DNA of 64,000 nt from an uncultured Candidatus Entotheonella sp. (GTDB taxonomy: Bacteria; Tectomicrobia; Entotheonellia; Entotheonellales; Entotheonellaceae), in assembly GCA_965215335.1 (NCBI GenBank), contig CBDCDA010000001.1, positions 192,001 to 256,000 of the forward strand. Direction: 5' to 3'. This document shows, in pieces, positions 9,298 to 23,518 of this stretch (positions within the stretch are counted from its first letter, which is position 1; each line of letters starts with the position of its first letter). Made by a program: the position numbers and the translations under genes. Below the pieces are notes generated by a model that saw only the letters and a program-made list of their open reading frames with translations, ran no database searches and had not been told where the DNA came from.

Positions 9298-12200
9298 ATG
9301 AAACTGGAAGACCTCCAAACCAACGCTGCGGTTCGCGGCATTCTGCCCGACGGCCTCGTGACAGTCGTCAGCGTGCAATGGTTCGGCTCCGAGGCTCTCG
9401 AGCTGACCTACAAGACACCCCCTGGCAAAGTCGCCAATGAGCTTCTGTATCGTGAGGACGAACAACGACTCGAGCTGGCCGAGGTCGGCCGGCCGTGGAG
9501 TTTCGACGGCGACGGCGCCCTGTTCCGCCTGGTCTCCGAGGCACAGCGTATTCGCCTCGCGCATCTCTTCGACCCGGTGCTCGCCGTGCATACCTCGGAG
9601 GTCGAGCCGCTGCCGCACCAGATCACCGCGGTGTACGAATCCATGCTGCCGAGGCAGCCGCTCCGTTTCCTGCTGGCCGACGACCCGGGCGCCGGCAAGA
9701 CCATCATGGCGGGGTTGCTCATCAAGGAACTGATCGCGCGCGGTGACCTGCAGCGCTGCCTGGTGGTCTGTCCCGGCAGTCTCGCGGAGCAGTGGCAGGA
9801 CGAGCTGTCCCGACGCTTCAACCTGTCGTTCGAGATTCTGACCAACGACAGGCTCGAAGCCGCTCGCACCGGCAACTGGTTTCTGGAGACCAATCTCGTC
9901 ATTGCGCGCCTGGACAAGCTCTCTCGCAACGAAGACGTCCAGCACAAGCTGCAAGCGCCGGAGGCGGACTGGGACCTGATCGTGTGCGACGAAGCCCACA
10001 AGATGTCGGCCACGTTCTCTGGCGGCGAGATCAAGTACACCAGGCGCTACCGGCTCGGGCAACTGCTGTCGGGTCTTGCGCGCCATTTCCTGTTGATGAC
10101 GGCAACCCCGCACAACGGCAAGGAAGCAGACTTCCAGCTGTTCATGGCACTCATCGACGGCGACCGCTTCGAGGGCCGATTCCGCGACGGCGTACACGCC
10201 GCCGACGTCTCCGATCTGCTGCGCCGCATGGTGAAGGAGAAACTGCTCAGGTTCGATGGCACGCCGCTGTTCCCGGAGCGCATTGCCTACACGGTTCCCT
10301 ACCAGCTCTCGCACGAGGAGGCCAGTCTGTACAAGTCGGTCACCGACTACGTGCGCGAGGAGTTCAACCGCGTCGAGGCACTGCAGAACGACCGGCGTGC
10401 CGGCACCGTCGGGTTCGCGCTGACGATCCTGCAGCGCCGCCTGGCGTCTTCCCCGGAGGCCATCTGCCAGTCGTTGCGTCGCCGCCGCGAGCGGCTGGAA
10501 AGCCAGCTGCGGGAATTCGAGGTGTTGCAGCGCGGCGGGCGCCACGCGGCGGAAATTGCTGCCGCGGGCTTCGACCGCGAGGACGTCGAGGACCTCGACG
10601 AGGCGCCGGAGTCTGAAGTCCTGGCCGCCGAGGAAGCCGTCCTCGATCAGGCCACCGCCGCGCAGTCCATCGCCGAGCTCAGGGCGGAGATCGGCACCCT
10701 CGGGAAACTGGAACGCCTGGCTCTGGAAGTGCGCCGCAGCGGCACGGATACCAAGTGGCGAGAGCTGGCGAGCCTGCTCGGCGAAATCTTCACGGTCAAG
10801 GGGCTGGCTGCTCAGGTCGCGGAGCCGGACGTCCCCTATGGCGCCGGTGCGATTCCCCGCCCGGTCTCGTCGCCGCGGCAAAAGCTGGTCCTGTTCACCG
10901 AACACCGGGACACGCTGAGCTACCTGCACGATCGCATCACGACCTTGCTCGGGCGTCCCGAGGCGGCCGTGCTGATTCACGGCGGCATGGGCCGCAAAGA
11001 CCGCCTCAAGGCGCAGGAAGCCTTCCGGCACGATCCACAGGTGCAGGTGCTCCTGGCCACCGACGCCGCCGGCGAGGGCATCAATCTGCAACGGGCGCAT
11101 CTGATGGTGAACTACGACCTGCCGTGGAATCCCAACCGCCTGGAGCAGCGCTTCGGGCGCATTCACCGCATCGGCCAGACCGAGGTGTGCCATCTGTGGA
11201 ATCTGGTTGCCGAGGGCACCCGCGAGGGCGACGTCTATCGCCGCCTGCTCGACAAGCTGGAACAGGCGCGCGAGGCCCTGGGCGGGCAGGTGTTCGACGT
11301 CCTCGGCAAGCTCGAATTCGAGGGGCGGCCGCTGCGGGAACTGCTGGTGGAGGCCATACGCTACGGCGAGCAGCCGGAGGTTCGCGCCCGCCTCGACACG
11401 GCGCTGGACAACACCCTCGACCGTGGCAAGCTCCAGGCGCTGCTGGAAGAGCGCGCCCTGGCTCAGGACGCCATGGACGTCCGGCGCGTGCACCGCATCC
11501 GCGAAGACATGGAACGCGCCGAGGCCCAGCGGCTGCAGCCGCATTACGTCGAGTCCTTCTTCCGGCAGGCGTTTCAAGGGCTGGGCGGCACGATGCGGCA
11601 ACGCGAGGCGCGGCGCTACGAGGTCACCCACGTGCCCGCAGCGGTGCGCAACCGGGACCGGCGCATCGGCATTGGCGGCCCCGTGCTCGCCCGCTACGAG
11701 CGCATTGCGTTCGACAAACCGCTGGTAGCGCCCCAAGGACAGCCGCTGGCGGCTTTCGTCTGCCCCGGCCACCCCTTGCTCGACGCCGTCATCGACCTGA
11801 CGCTGGAGCGGCACCGCGACCTGCTGAAGCGAGGCGCCGTGCTGGTGGACGACCGCGACGACGGCGCCGAGCCGCGCGTGCTGTTCTATCTCGAACACGC
11901 CATCCAGGATGCCGGCCTGACCCGCGCCGGCGAGTGCCGGGTGATTTCCCGACGCGTGCTGTACGTGGAGCTCGGCGCTGACGGCGTGGCCCGCCACCTG
12001 CGCTATGCGCCGTATCTCGACTATCGCCCCCTGGCTGCGGACGATCCCCCGGTGGACCGCATCCTCGACCGCCCGGAGTGCGCCTGGATCGACCGCGACC
12101 TGGAAGGCAAGGCACGGGGCCATGCAATTGCCAGGGTGGTCCCGGACCATGTGGCCGAGATGCGTGAGGCCAGGCTGGCCCTGATCGCCAAGACCGAGGT

Positions 12201-12870
12201 CGCCGTGCAGGAGCGCCTCACCAAGGAGATCGCCTACTGGGATCATCGCGCCGAGCAGCTCAAGCTGCAGGAACAGGCCGGCAAGACCGCCGCCCGCCTC
12301 AATTCAGGCGAGGCCCGCCGGCGCGCCGACACCCTGCAGGCGCGGCTGCACAAGCGGCTGGCGGAGTTGCGGCTCGAAGCGCAGATTTCGCCATTGCCTC
12401 CCGTGGTGCCTGGCGGCGTCCTGGTGATCCCGAAAGGGCTCATCGACGCCATGGCCGGGCGGCAATCGGCAGGCGCCCCGGCGGCCATCGACACGCAGGC
12501 GGCCGCGACCCGGGCACGCGCCGTCATCATGGAAGTCGAGCGGCGTCTCGGCTACGAACCCACTGATCGCGAGGTCGAGAAACTGGGCTACGACATCGAA
12601 AGCCGGGTACCGGAGACGGGCAAGCTGCGCTTCATCGAGGTCAAGGGGCGGGCCAGCAGCGCGGCGACGATTACGGTGACGCGCAACGAGATCCTGTACT
12701 CCCTGAACAAGCCCGAGGACTTCATCCTAGGGATCGTCGAGTTCCTGGAGGACGGCTCGCACCAGGTCCACTATGTTCGCGAACCCTTCCGGCGCGAGCC
12801 CGACTTCGGGGTGACCAGCGTCAACTACGACTTCGCGGCACTGCTGGCGCGGGCGCAGCCGCCGTCCTGA
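9298..12870 (+). CDS. SNF2-family helicase with C-terminal DUF3883 nuclease-like domain (HmaA-like)
   Basis: [38 protein letters not shown]-terminal GYDIES..FIEVKG. Confidence 0.9.
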   Translation: MKLEDLQTNAAVRGILPDGLVTVVSVQWFGSEALELTYKTPPGKVANELLYREDEQRLELAEVGRPWSFDGDGALFRLVSEAQRIRLAHLFDPVLAVHTSEVEPLPHQITAVYESMLPRQPLRFLLADDPGAGKTIMAGLLIKELIARGDLQRCLVVCPGSLAEQWQDELSRRFNLSFEILTNDRLEAARTGNWFLETNLVIARLDKLSRNEDVQHKLQAPEADWDLIVCDEAHKMSATFSGGEIKYTRRYRLGQLLSGLARHFLLMTATPHNGKEADFQLFMALIDGDRFEGRFRDGVHAADVSDLLRRMVKEKLLRFDGTPLFPERIAYTVPYQLSHEEASLYKSVTDYVREEFNRVEALQNDRRAGTVGFALTILQRRLASSPEAICQSLRRRRERLESQLREFEVLQRGGRHAAEIAAAGFDREDVEDLDEAPESEVLAAEEAVLDQATAAQSIAELRAEIGTLGKLERLALEVRRSGTDTKWRELASLLGEIFTVKGLAAQVAEPDVPYGAGAIPRPVSSPRQKLVLFTEHRDTLSYLHDRITTLLGRPEAAVLIHGGMGRKDRLKAQEAFRHDPQVQVLLATDAAGEGINLQRAHLMVNYDLPWNPNRLEQRFGRIHRIGQTEVCHLWNLVAEGTREGDVYRRLLDKLEQAREALGGQVFDVLGKLEFEGRPLRELLVEAIRYGEQPEVRARLDTALDNTLDRGKLQALLEERALAQDAMDVRRVHRIREDMERAEAQRLQPHYVESFFRQAFQGLGGTMRQREARRYEVTHVPAAVRNRDRRIGIGGPVLARYERIAFDKPLVAPQGQPLAAFVCPGHPLLDAVIDLTLERHRDLLKRGAVLVDDRDDGAEPRVLFYLEHAIQDAGLTRAGECRVISRRVLYVELGADGVARHLRYAPYLDYRPLAADDPPVDRILDRPECAWIDRDLEGKARGHAIARVVPDHVAEMREARLALIAKTEVAVQERLTKEIAYWDHRAEQLKLQEQAGKTAARLNSGEARRRADTLQARLHKRLAELRLEAQISPLPPVVPGGVLVIPKGLIDAMAGRQSAGAPAAIDTQAAATRARAVIMEVERRLGYEPTDREVEKLGYDIESRVPETGKLRFIEVKGRASSAATITVTRNEILYSLNKPEDFILGIVEFLEDGSHQVHYVREPFRREPDFGVTSVNYDFAALLARAQPPS

Positions 12871-12895
12871 GGCCACCGGCACGAGAAGGGATGCC

Positions 12896-15800
12896 ATGAC
12901 GACCGGGAAGAAGCTGATCGAGGTCGCGTTGCCCCTTGACGCCATCAACAAGGCAGCGGCGCGCGAGAAGTCGATCCGTCACGGGCACCCCAGCACCCTG
13001 CACCTGTGGTGGGCGCGCCGCCCATTGGCGGCGGCCAGGGCCGTCATCTTTGCGCAGATGGTCGACGACCCGTCCGCCTACGAGCCCGATGAAGCGACCG
13101 CCGAACGCGAGCGCAACCGTCTCTTTGCGATCCTGGAGGACCTCGTGCGGTGGGAGAACACCACCAACGAGGCGGTGTTGCAACGCGCCCGGGACGCCAT
13201 CCGGGAGAGCTGGCGGCGGACCTGCGAGGCGAACGCCGGCCATCCCCGCGCCGGGGAGCTGTTCGATCCCGACAGGCTGCCGGGCTTCCACGACCCGTTC
13301 GCCGGTGGCGGCGCGCTGCCGCTGGAGGCGCAGCGGCTCGGCCTGGAGAGCCGCGCCAGCGATCTGAACCCGGTGGCGGTGCTGATCAACAAGGCGATGA
13401 TCGAGATACCGCCGCGATTCGCCGGGAAGCCGCCGGTAAACCCCAGGTCGCGCCAGGACAAGGACCTGGTCGCGCGGCAGTGGACGGGGGCACGGGGCCT
13501 GGCCGCGGACGTGCGCCACTACGGCCGGTGGGTGCGAGACGAGGCCGAGAAGCGCATCGGGTGGCTATACCCGAAGGTGGCGGTGACGGCCGAGATGGTA
13601 CAGGAGCGACCCGACCTCGAGCCCTGTGTCGGCCGGCAACTCACGGTGATCGCCTGGCTGTGGGCGCGCACGGTGAAGAGCCCGAACCCGGCCTTTGCGC
13701 AGGTGGACGTGCCGCTCGTCTCGACCTTCATGCTGTCGACCAGGAAGGGCAAGGAGGCGTACGTCGAGCCGGTGATCGAGAACGGCGGCTACCGCTTCAC
13801 GGTCAAGGTGGGCGAGCCGGGGGATGCCGAGGCGGCGAAGCGAGGTACAAAGGCAGGAGGGAGCGGTAGTAGTTTCTTATGCTTGATGTCAGAAGCACCG
13901 ATGCCGTTCGAATATCTGCGCTCCGAAGCCAAGGCCAACCGCATGGGCGCCCGGCTGATGGCAGTTGTAGCAGAGGGTTACCGTGGGCGCGTGTATCTCT
14001 CACCGGATGCCGAGATGGAACGTATCGCACTTGGCGCGAAGCCGCTTGATACGCCTGAGACCGAGCTACCTACCAGGGCGCTTGGCTTCCGTGTTCAGGA
14101 ATACGGGATGACCAAGTGGGCCGACCTCTTCACCCCCCGCCAACTCGTGGCCCTGACGACATTCTCGGATTTGGTGCAGGAAGCGAGGGAGCGCGTCAAG
14201 AACGACTACCTGGGACCGAGGGCGTCCCGCCCTCGCCGAGGGCAGGATGCCCTCGATCCCGATGCCAGTCCAAACGCTGCAAACACGGCCGGCGTCGTGC
14301 CGTCCAGCCCATACCACCGCACCCACCTGCCGCATGTCGAGGCTGGGGCCGTGCCTCAACACATCTGTTTCAGACTGGCGGATAGCTTGCCACGGTCCCT
14401 GCTCCAGCAATGGGAGGATGAACTGCGGCGGCTCCCGGAAACACGACAACGAAACGAAAGACGCCAGCGCATCGAGGCCGCGCTTGACCAAGGACACGGC
14501 GCCTGCCGGTTGAACCACCCGGAGATCGCGGCCCTGGTACGCGATGCGCTGCGGTATTTCGATGGCGACCGCTATCACCTGCACGGGTGGGTCATCATGC
14601 CCAATCACGTCCACGTCCTCGTCACCCTGCAGGGCGATCACGCCTTGTCTGGCGTCGTGCATTCATGGAAGTCCTACACCGCACAGCGGGCAAACGACAT
14701 ACTGGGGCGCAACGGTGCGTTTTGGCATGTGGACTACTTCGACCGGTTCATGCGGGACGAAAAGCACTTCGCGACGACGCTCGATTACATCCACTGGAAT
14801 CCAGTGAAGGCCGGCTTGTGTGCGGAGCCAGGCGATTGGCGATGGAGCAGCTCCCGGGAACAAGGCCCGGAGCCGGAACCGGAACGAGGGCATCCTGCCC
14901 TCGATAAAGCGGGCGCGACGCTCTCCCTCCCAGGGCCCGCAACCATGATCGAGGACGAACGACCCCTGCGCGACGGCGGCGCCGGCGCGACCGCCTATGC
15001 CGAGGCGGTAGGGGTGTATCTGTCGCTGGCTGTGGATAAAGTTGCCGATCGCAACTCAACGGTTTGCTCTTGGGCGACATTGCGTGAGCACGCACGCAAT
15101 ACTTTTGGAAGGCAAGCTATCCCAATGGTCTGGGATTTCGCAGAGAGTAACGTGTTCTCCGATTCGAGCGGAAATTTTGAAGGCGGTGTCGATTCAATTG
15201 CTTCCGGTCTCGGATCCGTGAATCCGTCAAGTGTGGGTCACGCCACACAAGTTGACGCCCAGTCACAGGGAATTAGTGCTCTCAAGATTGTTTCAACCGA
15301 TCCTCCCTACTACGACAACATCGGATACGCCGATCTGTCTGATTTCTTCTACGTCTGGCTACGTTACTCGCTGAAGCTGGTCTTTCCTGAACTTTTCGCT
15401 ACGCTTGCGGTACCTAAAGCCGAGGAGCTGGTAGCCACGCCCTATCGCCACGAAAGCAAGGAAAAAGCCGAGGCCTTCTTTCTCGACGGGATGACCCTGG
15501 CCGTGCGGCGTCTCGCTGAACAAGCACACCCAAGCTTCCCCGTTACAATCTACTATGCGTTGAAGCAAGCAGAGAGCAAAGGCGAAACCGGAACCGCTAG
15601 CACTGGATGGGAAACATTTCTGGACGCTGTCATCCAATCCGGCTTCGTGATCAGTGGGACATGGCCGATGCGTACTGAACTTGACCGACGCCTGGTCGGT
15701 CGGGACGCTAACGCCCTCGCCTCCAGCATCGTCTTGGTCTGCCGCCAGCGACCCACCGACGCGCCCCTGGCTACCCGCCGGGAATTCGTCACCGCGCTCA

Positions 15801-16489
15801 AGACCGAATTGCCGACGGCGCTCGTCCACTTGCAGGGCGGCAACATCGCCCCCGTCGATCTCGCCCAGGCGGCCATCGGCCCCGGCATGGCTATCTACAC
15901 CCGCTACGCCAAGGTACTCGATACGCACGGCAAGCCACTGCCGGTACGCGATGCCTTGGCGCTGATCAACCAGACCCTCGACGAAGTGTTGGCCGAACAG
16001 GAAGGCGACTTCGACGCCGACACCCGCTGGGCCCTCGCCTGGTTCGAGCAGGCCGGCTTCGACGAGGGCGACTACGGCGTTGCCGAGACGCTCTCCAAGG
16101 CGAAGAACACCAGTGTGGATGGCTTGGCTGAAGCAGGGATTCTCGTCTCCAGGGGCGGCAAAGTCCGACTGTTGAGACCCGACGAATTGTCCGACGACTG
16201 GAACCCAGCCACCGACCCGAGGCTGACCGCCTGGGAGACGGTCCATCACCTGGTCCGCGCCCTGGAATCCGGCGGCGAAGGCGCCGCGGCCGAGTTGACC
16301 GCCGCGCTCGGCCACGCCGCCGAGACCGCCCGCGAGTTGTGCTACCGCCTCTACACCCTGTGCGAACGCAAGAAACGCGCCGCCGAGGCGCTGTCATACA
16401 ACGCCCTGGTACAAAGCTGGCCGGAAATCGTTCGCCTGGCGCAAGAGCGGACGTCCGAAGCGAAACAAGCTACCCTCTTCCCAGGATAA
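12896..16489 (+). CDS. DUF1156 amino-DNA methyltransferase (HmaB-like) with an in-frame RAYT insertion
   Basis: [12 protein letters not shown] motif DPFAGGG, catalytic TDPPY; internal ~240-aa HUH transposase segment. Confidence 0.9.
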   Translation: MTTGKKLIEVALPLDAINKAAAREKSIRHGHPSTLHLWWARRPLAAARAVIFAQMVDDPSAYEPDEATAERERNRLFAILEDLVRWENTTNEAVLQRARDAIRESWRRTCEANAGHPRAGELFDPDRLPGFHDPFAGGGALPLEAQRLGLESRASDLNPVAVLINKAMIEIPPRFAGKPPVNPRSRQDKDLVARQWTGARGLAADVRHYGRWVRDEAEKRIGWLYPKVAVTAEMVQERPDLEPCVGRQLTVIAWLWARTVKSPNPAFAQVDVPLVSTFMLSTRKGKEAYVEPVIENGGYRFTVKVGEPGDAEAAKRGTKAGGSGSSFLCLMSEAPMPFEYLRSEAKANRMGARLMAVVAEGYRGRVYLSPDAEMERIALGAKPLDTPETELPTRALGFRVQEYGMTKWADLFTPRQLVALTTFSDLVQEARERVKNDYLGPRASRPRRGQDALDPDASPNAANTAGVVPSSPYHRTHLPHVEAGAVPQHICFRLADSLPRSLLQQWEDELRRLPETRQRNERRQRIEAALDQGHGACRLNHPEIAALVRDALRYFDGDRYHLHGWVIMPNHVHVLVTLQGDHALSGVVHSWKSYTAQRANDILGRNGAFWHVDYFDRFMRDEKHFATTLDYIHWNPVKAGLCAEPGDWRWSSSREQGPEPEPERGHPALDKAGATLSLPGPATMIEDERPLRDGGAGATAYAEAVGVYLSLAVDKVADRNSTVCSWATLREHARNTFGRQAIPMVWDFAESNVFSDSSGNFEGGVDSIASGLGSVNPSSVGHATQVDAQSQGISALKIVSTDPPYYDNIGYADLSDFFYVWLRYSLKLVFPELFATLAVPKAEELVATPYRHESKEKAEAFFLDGMTLAVRRLAEQAHPSFPVTIYYALKQAESKGETGTASTGWETFLDAVIQSGFVISGTWPMRTELDRRLVGRDANALASSIVLVCRQRPTDAPLATRREFVTALKTELPTALVHLQGGNIAPVDLAQAAIGPGMAIYTRYAKVLDTHGKPLPVRDALALINQTLDEVLAEQEGDFDADTRWALAWFEQAGFDEGDYGVAETLSKAKNTSVDGLAEAGILVSRGGKVRLLRPDELSDDWNPATDPRLTAWETVHHLVRALESGGEGAAAELTAALGHAAETARELCYRLYTLCERKKRAAEALSYNALVQSWPEIVRLAQERTSEAKQATLFPG
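14209..14934 (+). mobile_element. REP-associated tyrosine transposase (RAYT, Y1 HUH) flanked by REP palindromes, inserted in frame
   Basis: [22 protein letters not shown] (HUH), [29 protein letters not shown] doublets at 14209-14260 and 14881-14934 with inverted outer ends CCTGGGA/TCCCAGG. Confidence 0.85.
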
Positions 16490-16593
16490 GCGAATATGGC
16501 GGCGACATCGGACCCGACCTGCACCCTCTGGAAGGTGGCCAGGACGCTTTCGAGCGTCGTCGCCGGAAGTACGGATTCCAAAGCGAGCACGAC

Positions 16594-17889
16594 ATGAATC
16601 GAACCGATCTGGCCGAGATGATTCACCACGGCGAGAACTCCGGCGTCGAGTTCAAGCGCGACGACGTGACGCCCGCGAGGCTCGCCAAGGAGATGGCCGC
16701 CCTGCTCAATCTCGAAGGTGGCCATATCTTGCTGGGGGTCGAGAAGGACCGGAGCGTCTCGGGCTTGACCAGGGAGCACGAGCAAGCCGAGGAGGGGGTG
16801 ATGGAGGTCGCGCGCATGCACCTCCGGCCGGCGGCCATTCCATTCTGGGAAACACTGGACTGGGGCGACGGCAAGACCGTAGGGATTGTTTCTCTGCCGG
16901 CCGACGCACCCGACAAGCCGTACAAGTGCCGGCGCGGCTCGGCATGGGTCACCCAGATTCGCGCCGGCACAACGTCACGCGACGCGACCGACGAAGAGGA
17001 AGCGCGTCTGTACATGCAGTCGGGACGGCTGCGGTACGATCGCAAGCCCGTCCCCGGCGCCGGTCTGAATGATTTCGACATGCGCCGGCTGGCGAATTAC
17101 TTCCGCGACGTGCGCCGGCAATCCTGCCCGCCGGTGGCGGACCGCGAGGCCTGGACGCGGCTGCTCGTCAACACCGACTTCATGTACGAGGATCGCGGCC
17201 GCCCGCTGCCGAGCACCGGGGGGCTGCTGCTCTTCGGCGTACGACCGCAGAAGTACCTGCCCCAGGCCGGAATCAGCGCGGCGGCCTACACCGGCACCGA
17301 AAAGGACTACGACGCCAGGGAACGAGCGGTATTGCGAGGCGCTGCGGTCTCTCTGTTCCCCGAGCCGCTCGCCTTAATGGGGCAGGCTTATCCGGGCTTG
17401 CCGCCAACCTTTTCGGAAGCCGGCGGCGCCGTCGAGTCGGGCGTTATCGAGCAGGCGATGGATTTCGTGCGCCGCAATATCACGATTACGGCCTCCATCG
17501 ACAACGGAGGGCGACGCGTGGAGAACTGGGACTATCCGATCGAGGCGGTCCGCGAGGCCATCGTGAACGCCGTCGCGCACCGTGACTACACGATCGGCGT
17601 GATGGACGTCGAACTGTCGATCTATGCGGACCGGCTGGAGATCATCTCTCCCGGCCGTTTGCCGAACACGGTCACCGTGGACAAGATGCGCGCCGGTTAT
17701 CGCGCTTCGCGTAACGAGTTGGTCAAGGAGGTATTGCGCGACTACCGGTACGTCGAAGCCACCGGTCTGGGCGTGCCGCGCAAGATCATCGCGGGCATGC
17801 GGCAGCACAATGGCACCGAACCCGACCTCGTCGAAGAAGAGAGTCGATTCATCGTGCGCCTGTGGAAACGTCCCCATAACACCCCGTGA
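16594..17889 (+). CDS. Schlafen/AlbA_2 domain protein with a RecG-C-terminal-like (HATPase_c_4) domain
   Basis: GENSGVEFK..A.LNLEGGHILLGV; YPIEAVREAIVNAVAHRDY..DRLEIISPGRLP. Confidence 0.85.
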   Translation: MNRTDLAEMIHHGENSGVEFKRDDVTPARLAKEMAALLNLEGGHILLGVEKDRSVSGLTREHEQAEEGVMEVARMHLRPAAIPFWETLDWGDGKTVGIVSLPADAPDKPYKCRRGSAWVTQIRAGTTSRDATDEEEARLYMQSGRLRYDRKPVPGAGLNDFDMRRLANYFRDVRRQSCPPVADREAWTRLLVNTDFMYEDRGRPLPSTGGLLLFGVRPQKYLPQAGISAAAYTGTEKDYDARERAVLRGAAVSLFPEPLALMGQAYPGLPPTFSEAGGAVESGVIEQAMDFVRRNITITASIDNGGRRVENWDYPIEAVREAIVNAVAHRDYTIGVMDVELSIYADRLEIISPGRLPNTVTVDKMRAGYRASRNELVKEVLRDYRYVEATGLGVPRKIIAGMRQHNGTEPDLVEEESRFIVRLWKRPHNTP

Positions 17890-17914
17890 TCAGTCGCCTG
17901 GAAGGAGAGACATC

Positions 17915-21250
<3,336 letters not shown>

Positions 21251-21336
21251 GCTGCGGATGAACAGCTTCAAGACGGTTCGTGAGGACAGAAACCTTGTGC
21301 ATCACACCTGACCGACTTTCATAAGAGGTTCCCTGC

Positions 21337-23034
21337 ATGATCGCGAAAGACCTGCAACAGTTGATCGCCGCCGCCAACGGCCTGTGGAGCCTGGACGCGG
21401 CCGGCCTGACGCGCTCCCGAACGGCCATCCCGGCGCTGCTGCACCGCGAGGCGTACGTGACGGAAACGCCCCGCACCCGCGTCTTGCTGCTCAGCGGCCT
21501 GTCCGGCGAGAAAGCCGACACCGCACTGGCTCTGGATGCCATGAAGACATACCTCGACGGCGGCGAGACACTGACCGATACCGTGGCGTTGAGCGCCGTG
21601 CCGTGCGCCAATCCGGACGGCATGGCACTGGGCGTCGCACCCGAAAACGGCGCCGGTGGCCGTCCCGCCGAGAATTACCCGCCAATCGTGGGTTTCTTCA
21701 ACGATCGCCGCAACCCCGAGCAAAGGTATCTGTGGCGCTGGATCGGCCTGCAAGCACCCGATCTCGTTCTCGAAGTCCAGGCCGGTGAATCGGTGTCGTG
21801 GGTGTCTTCGGCCTCAGCGACCCTGTTATTGCCCACGATCGAGGCCACCCGAATGGAAGAGACCGCCGGCAGCCTCCTGGCGGCCCTCGGCAGCCACATG
21901 GCAAACGGCATCGGTGCCGTGCCAGGGCTGCGGCTCACCACCCCCGCCGCCGCGCTGCCGGACGAACTGAAACGCCTGTGGTCGGTGCTGCGGCAAACCC
22001 CCGGCCTGCGCACCTCACCGGCCCGCCGGGAACTGTACAACCGCAGCACTCGTCCGCCCCTGGGCATCGCCCGCCTGCTGGCCACCATCTACGGCCGCAG
22101 CCTCGACCCCGTGGTGTACACGCAAGGCATGAGCCTCAGCGGTCGCCTGCGCCTGGCGCGTCTCGATCCCACCTATTCCGACCCGTCGGCGGCCATCGCG
22201 GACGTCGTGGCGCCCTACGTGGACGGCAGCAAGCCGTGGTTCGAGGGCGAGCCCGGCACGCCCGCCCTGGCGGGGCTGATCTGGGCCATGCAACTGGCCG
22301 AATCGACCCGCGAGCGCCGCTATGCCGATCTGGTCGTGGAGATGGCCGACCACTACCAGCCCGGTGCCGACGGCGGCGCGCCGCCGCCGTCCGACGCCGA
22401 CTTCCGTACCGAGGACATGTTCATGAACGGCGCCATGCTGGGCCGCGCCTTCAGGCTTACGGGCGAGACTCGTTACCTCGACCTGCTCACCCGGTTCCTG
22501 CTCGCCGCCCGCACCCAGCAGGACGACGGCCTGTTCTGGCACGCGCGCTCGACGCCGTGGTTCTGGGGGCGTGGCAACGGCTTCGCCGCGCTCGGCTATG
22601 CCGAAACGCTGACCTATCTGCCGGAGGATCACCCCGACCGCGGGGCGTTGATCGCTCAACACGTGCGCCACCTGGAGGCCCTGCGCGCCCGCCAGCACGC
22701 CTCCGGCATGTATCCGCAGGTGCTCGATACGCCCGGCGCGTACCATGAGTTCACCGCCACCTGCATGACGGGCTACGCCATGGCCCGCGCCCTGCGGCGC
22801 GGCTGGCTGGACGCGTCATATCGCGATTCGGTGGACCGCGCCTGGCGGGGCGTCACCGAGCGCATCGACGACGCCGGCGGCCTGGTCGATTGCTGCACCG
22901 ACACCGGCGCCCAGGACAGCCTGCAGGCGTACCTGGACCGCCCGGCGGTGTTCGGCCGCGACGACCGGGGCGGTTCCATGGCGATGTGGTTTGCGCTGGA
23001 AATGGAACAGTCGAGGCGATCGCAGGGGAAGTGA
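21337..23034 (+). CDS. Glycoside hydrolase family 88/105-like protein with an N-terminal carboxypeptidase-like segment
   Basis: C-terminal EDMFM, DGLFWH, WGRGNGF motifs; N-terminal VPCANPDG and PEQRYLWRWI..APDLVLE. Confidence 0.7.
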   Translation: MIAKDLQQLIAAANGLWSLDAAGLTRSRTAIPALLHREAYVTETPRTRVLLLSGLSGEKADTALALDAMKTYLDGGETLTDTVALSAVPCANPDGMALGVAPENGAGGRPAENYPPIVGFFNDRRNPEQRYLWRWIGLQAPDLVLEVQAGESVSWVSSASATLLLPTIEATRMEETAGSLLAALGSHMANGIGAVPGLRLTTPAAALPDELKRLWSVLRQTPGLRTSPARRELYNRSTRPPLGIARLLATIYGRSLDPVVYTQGMSLSGRLRLARLDPTYSDPSAAIADVVAPYVDGSKPWFEGEPGTPALAGLIWAMQLAESTRERRYADLVVEMADHYQPGADGGAPPPSDADFRTEDMFMNGAMLGRAFRLTGETRYLDLLTRFLLAARTQQDDGLFWHARSTPWFWGRGNGFAALGYAETLTYLPEDHPDRGALIAQHVRHLEALRARQHASGMYPQVLDTPGAYHEFTATCMTGYAMARALRRGWLDASYRDSVDRAWRGVTERIDDAGGLVDCCTDTGAQDSLQAYLDRPAVFGRDDRGGSMAMWFALEMEQSRRSQGK

Positions 23035-23038
23035 GCCG

Positions 23039-23494
23039 TCAGGAGCCGGAAAGGCGCACGCCCTGGCGGATGAGCCAGACCCAGGCGGCGTATCTGAGAA
23101 ACTTGCCGGCCAGCATGTAGAAACCGACCTGCCAGACCGGGCTGCGCACGAAGCCCAGGGCGATGGCCAGCGGATCGCCCACCACCGGCAGCCAGCAAAA
23201 CAGGGCGGCGCGGCTGCCGTAGCGATCCGCCCATGCCTTCACCTTGTCAACCTTGTCGCGATTGCGGGCAAAGAACCTCTCCACCCACGCCCACTTGCCG
23301 GCGTAGCCCATATAATAAGACGTCATGCCGCCCAGCGAATTGCCGGCGGACGCCACCAGCACGCACGCGACGGGGTCGAAGCCGCCGATCACCATGGCGG
23401 CCAGGACGGCTTCCGAGCTCAGCGGCAGGATCGTCGGCGCCAGAAACGACCCCAGGAACAACCCGCCATAGCCCAATACGTCGCTGTCCGCCAT
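23039..23494 (-). CDS. YqaA/DedA (VTT) family membrane protein
   Basis: SFLAPTILPLSSE, GNSLGG, WLPVVGDPL, GKFLRY. Confidence 0.88.
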   Translation of the reverse strand: MADSDVLGYGGLFLGSFLAPTILPLSSEAVLAAMVIGGFDPVACVLVASAGNSLGGMTSYYMGYAGKWAWVERFFARNRDKVDKVKAWADRYGSRAALFCWLPVVGDPLAIALGFVRSPVWQVGFYMLAGKFLRYAAWVWLIRQGVRLSGS

Positions 23495-23518
23495 GATCCG
23501 TCCAATGGTTGAAGCCGC

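Noticed and set aside
9151..12246. Long antisense ORFs (also 26187-28760, 51337-53799, 55233-56984)
   Set aside because: They are shadow frames of well-supported genes in high-GC DNA and have no recognisable motifs.
14209..14934. Intein as the explanation for the MTase insert
   Set aside because: No Cys/Ser start with His-Asn end and no LAGLIDADG motif; HUH transposase motifs and REPs explain it better.
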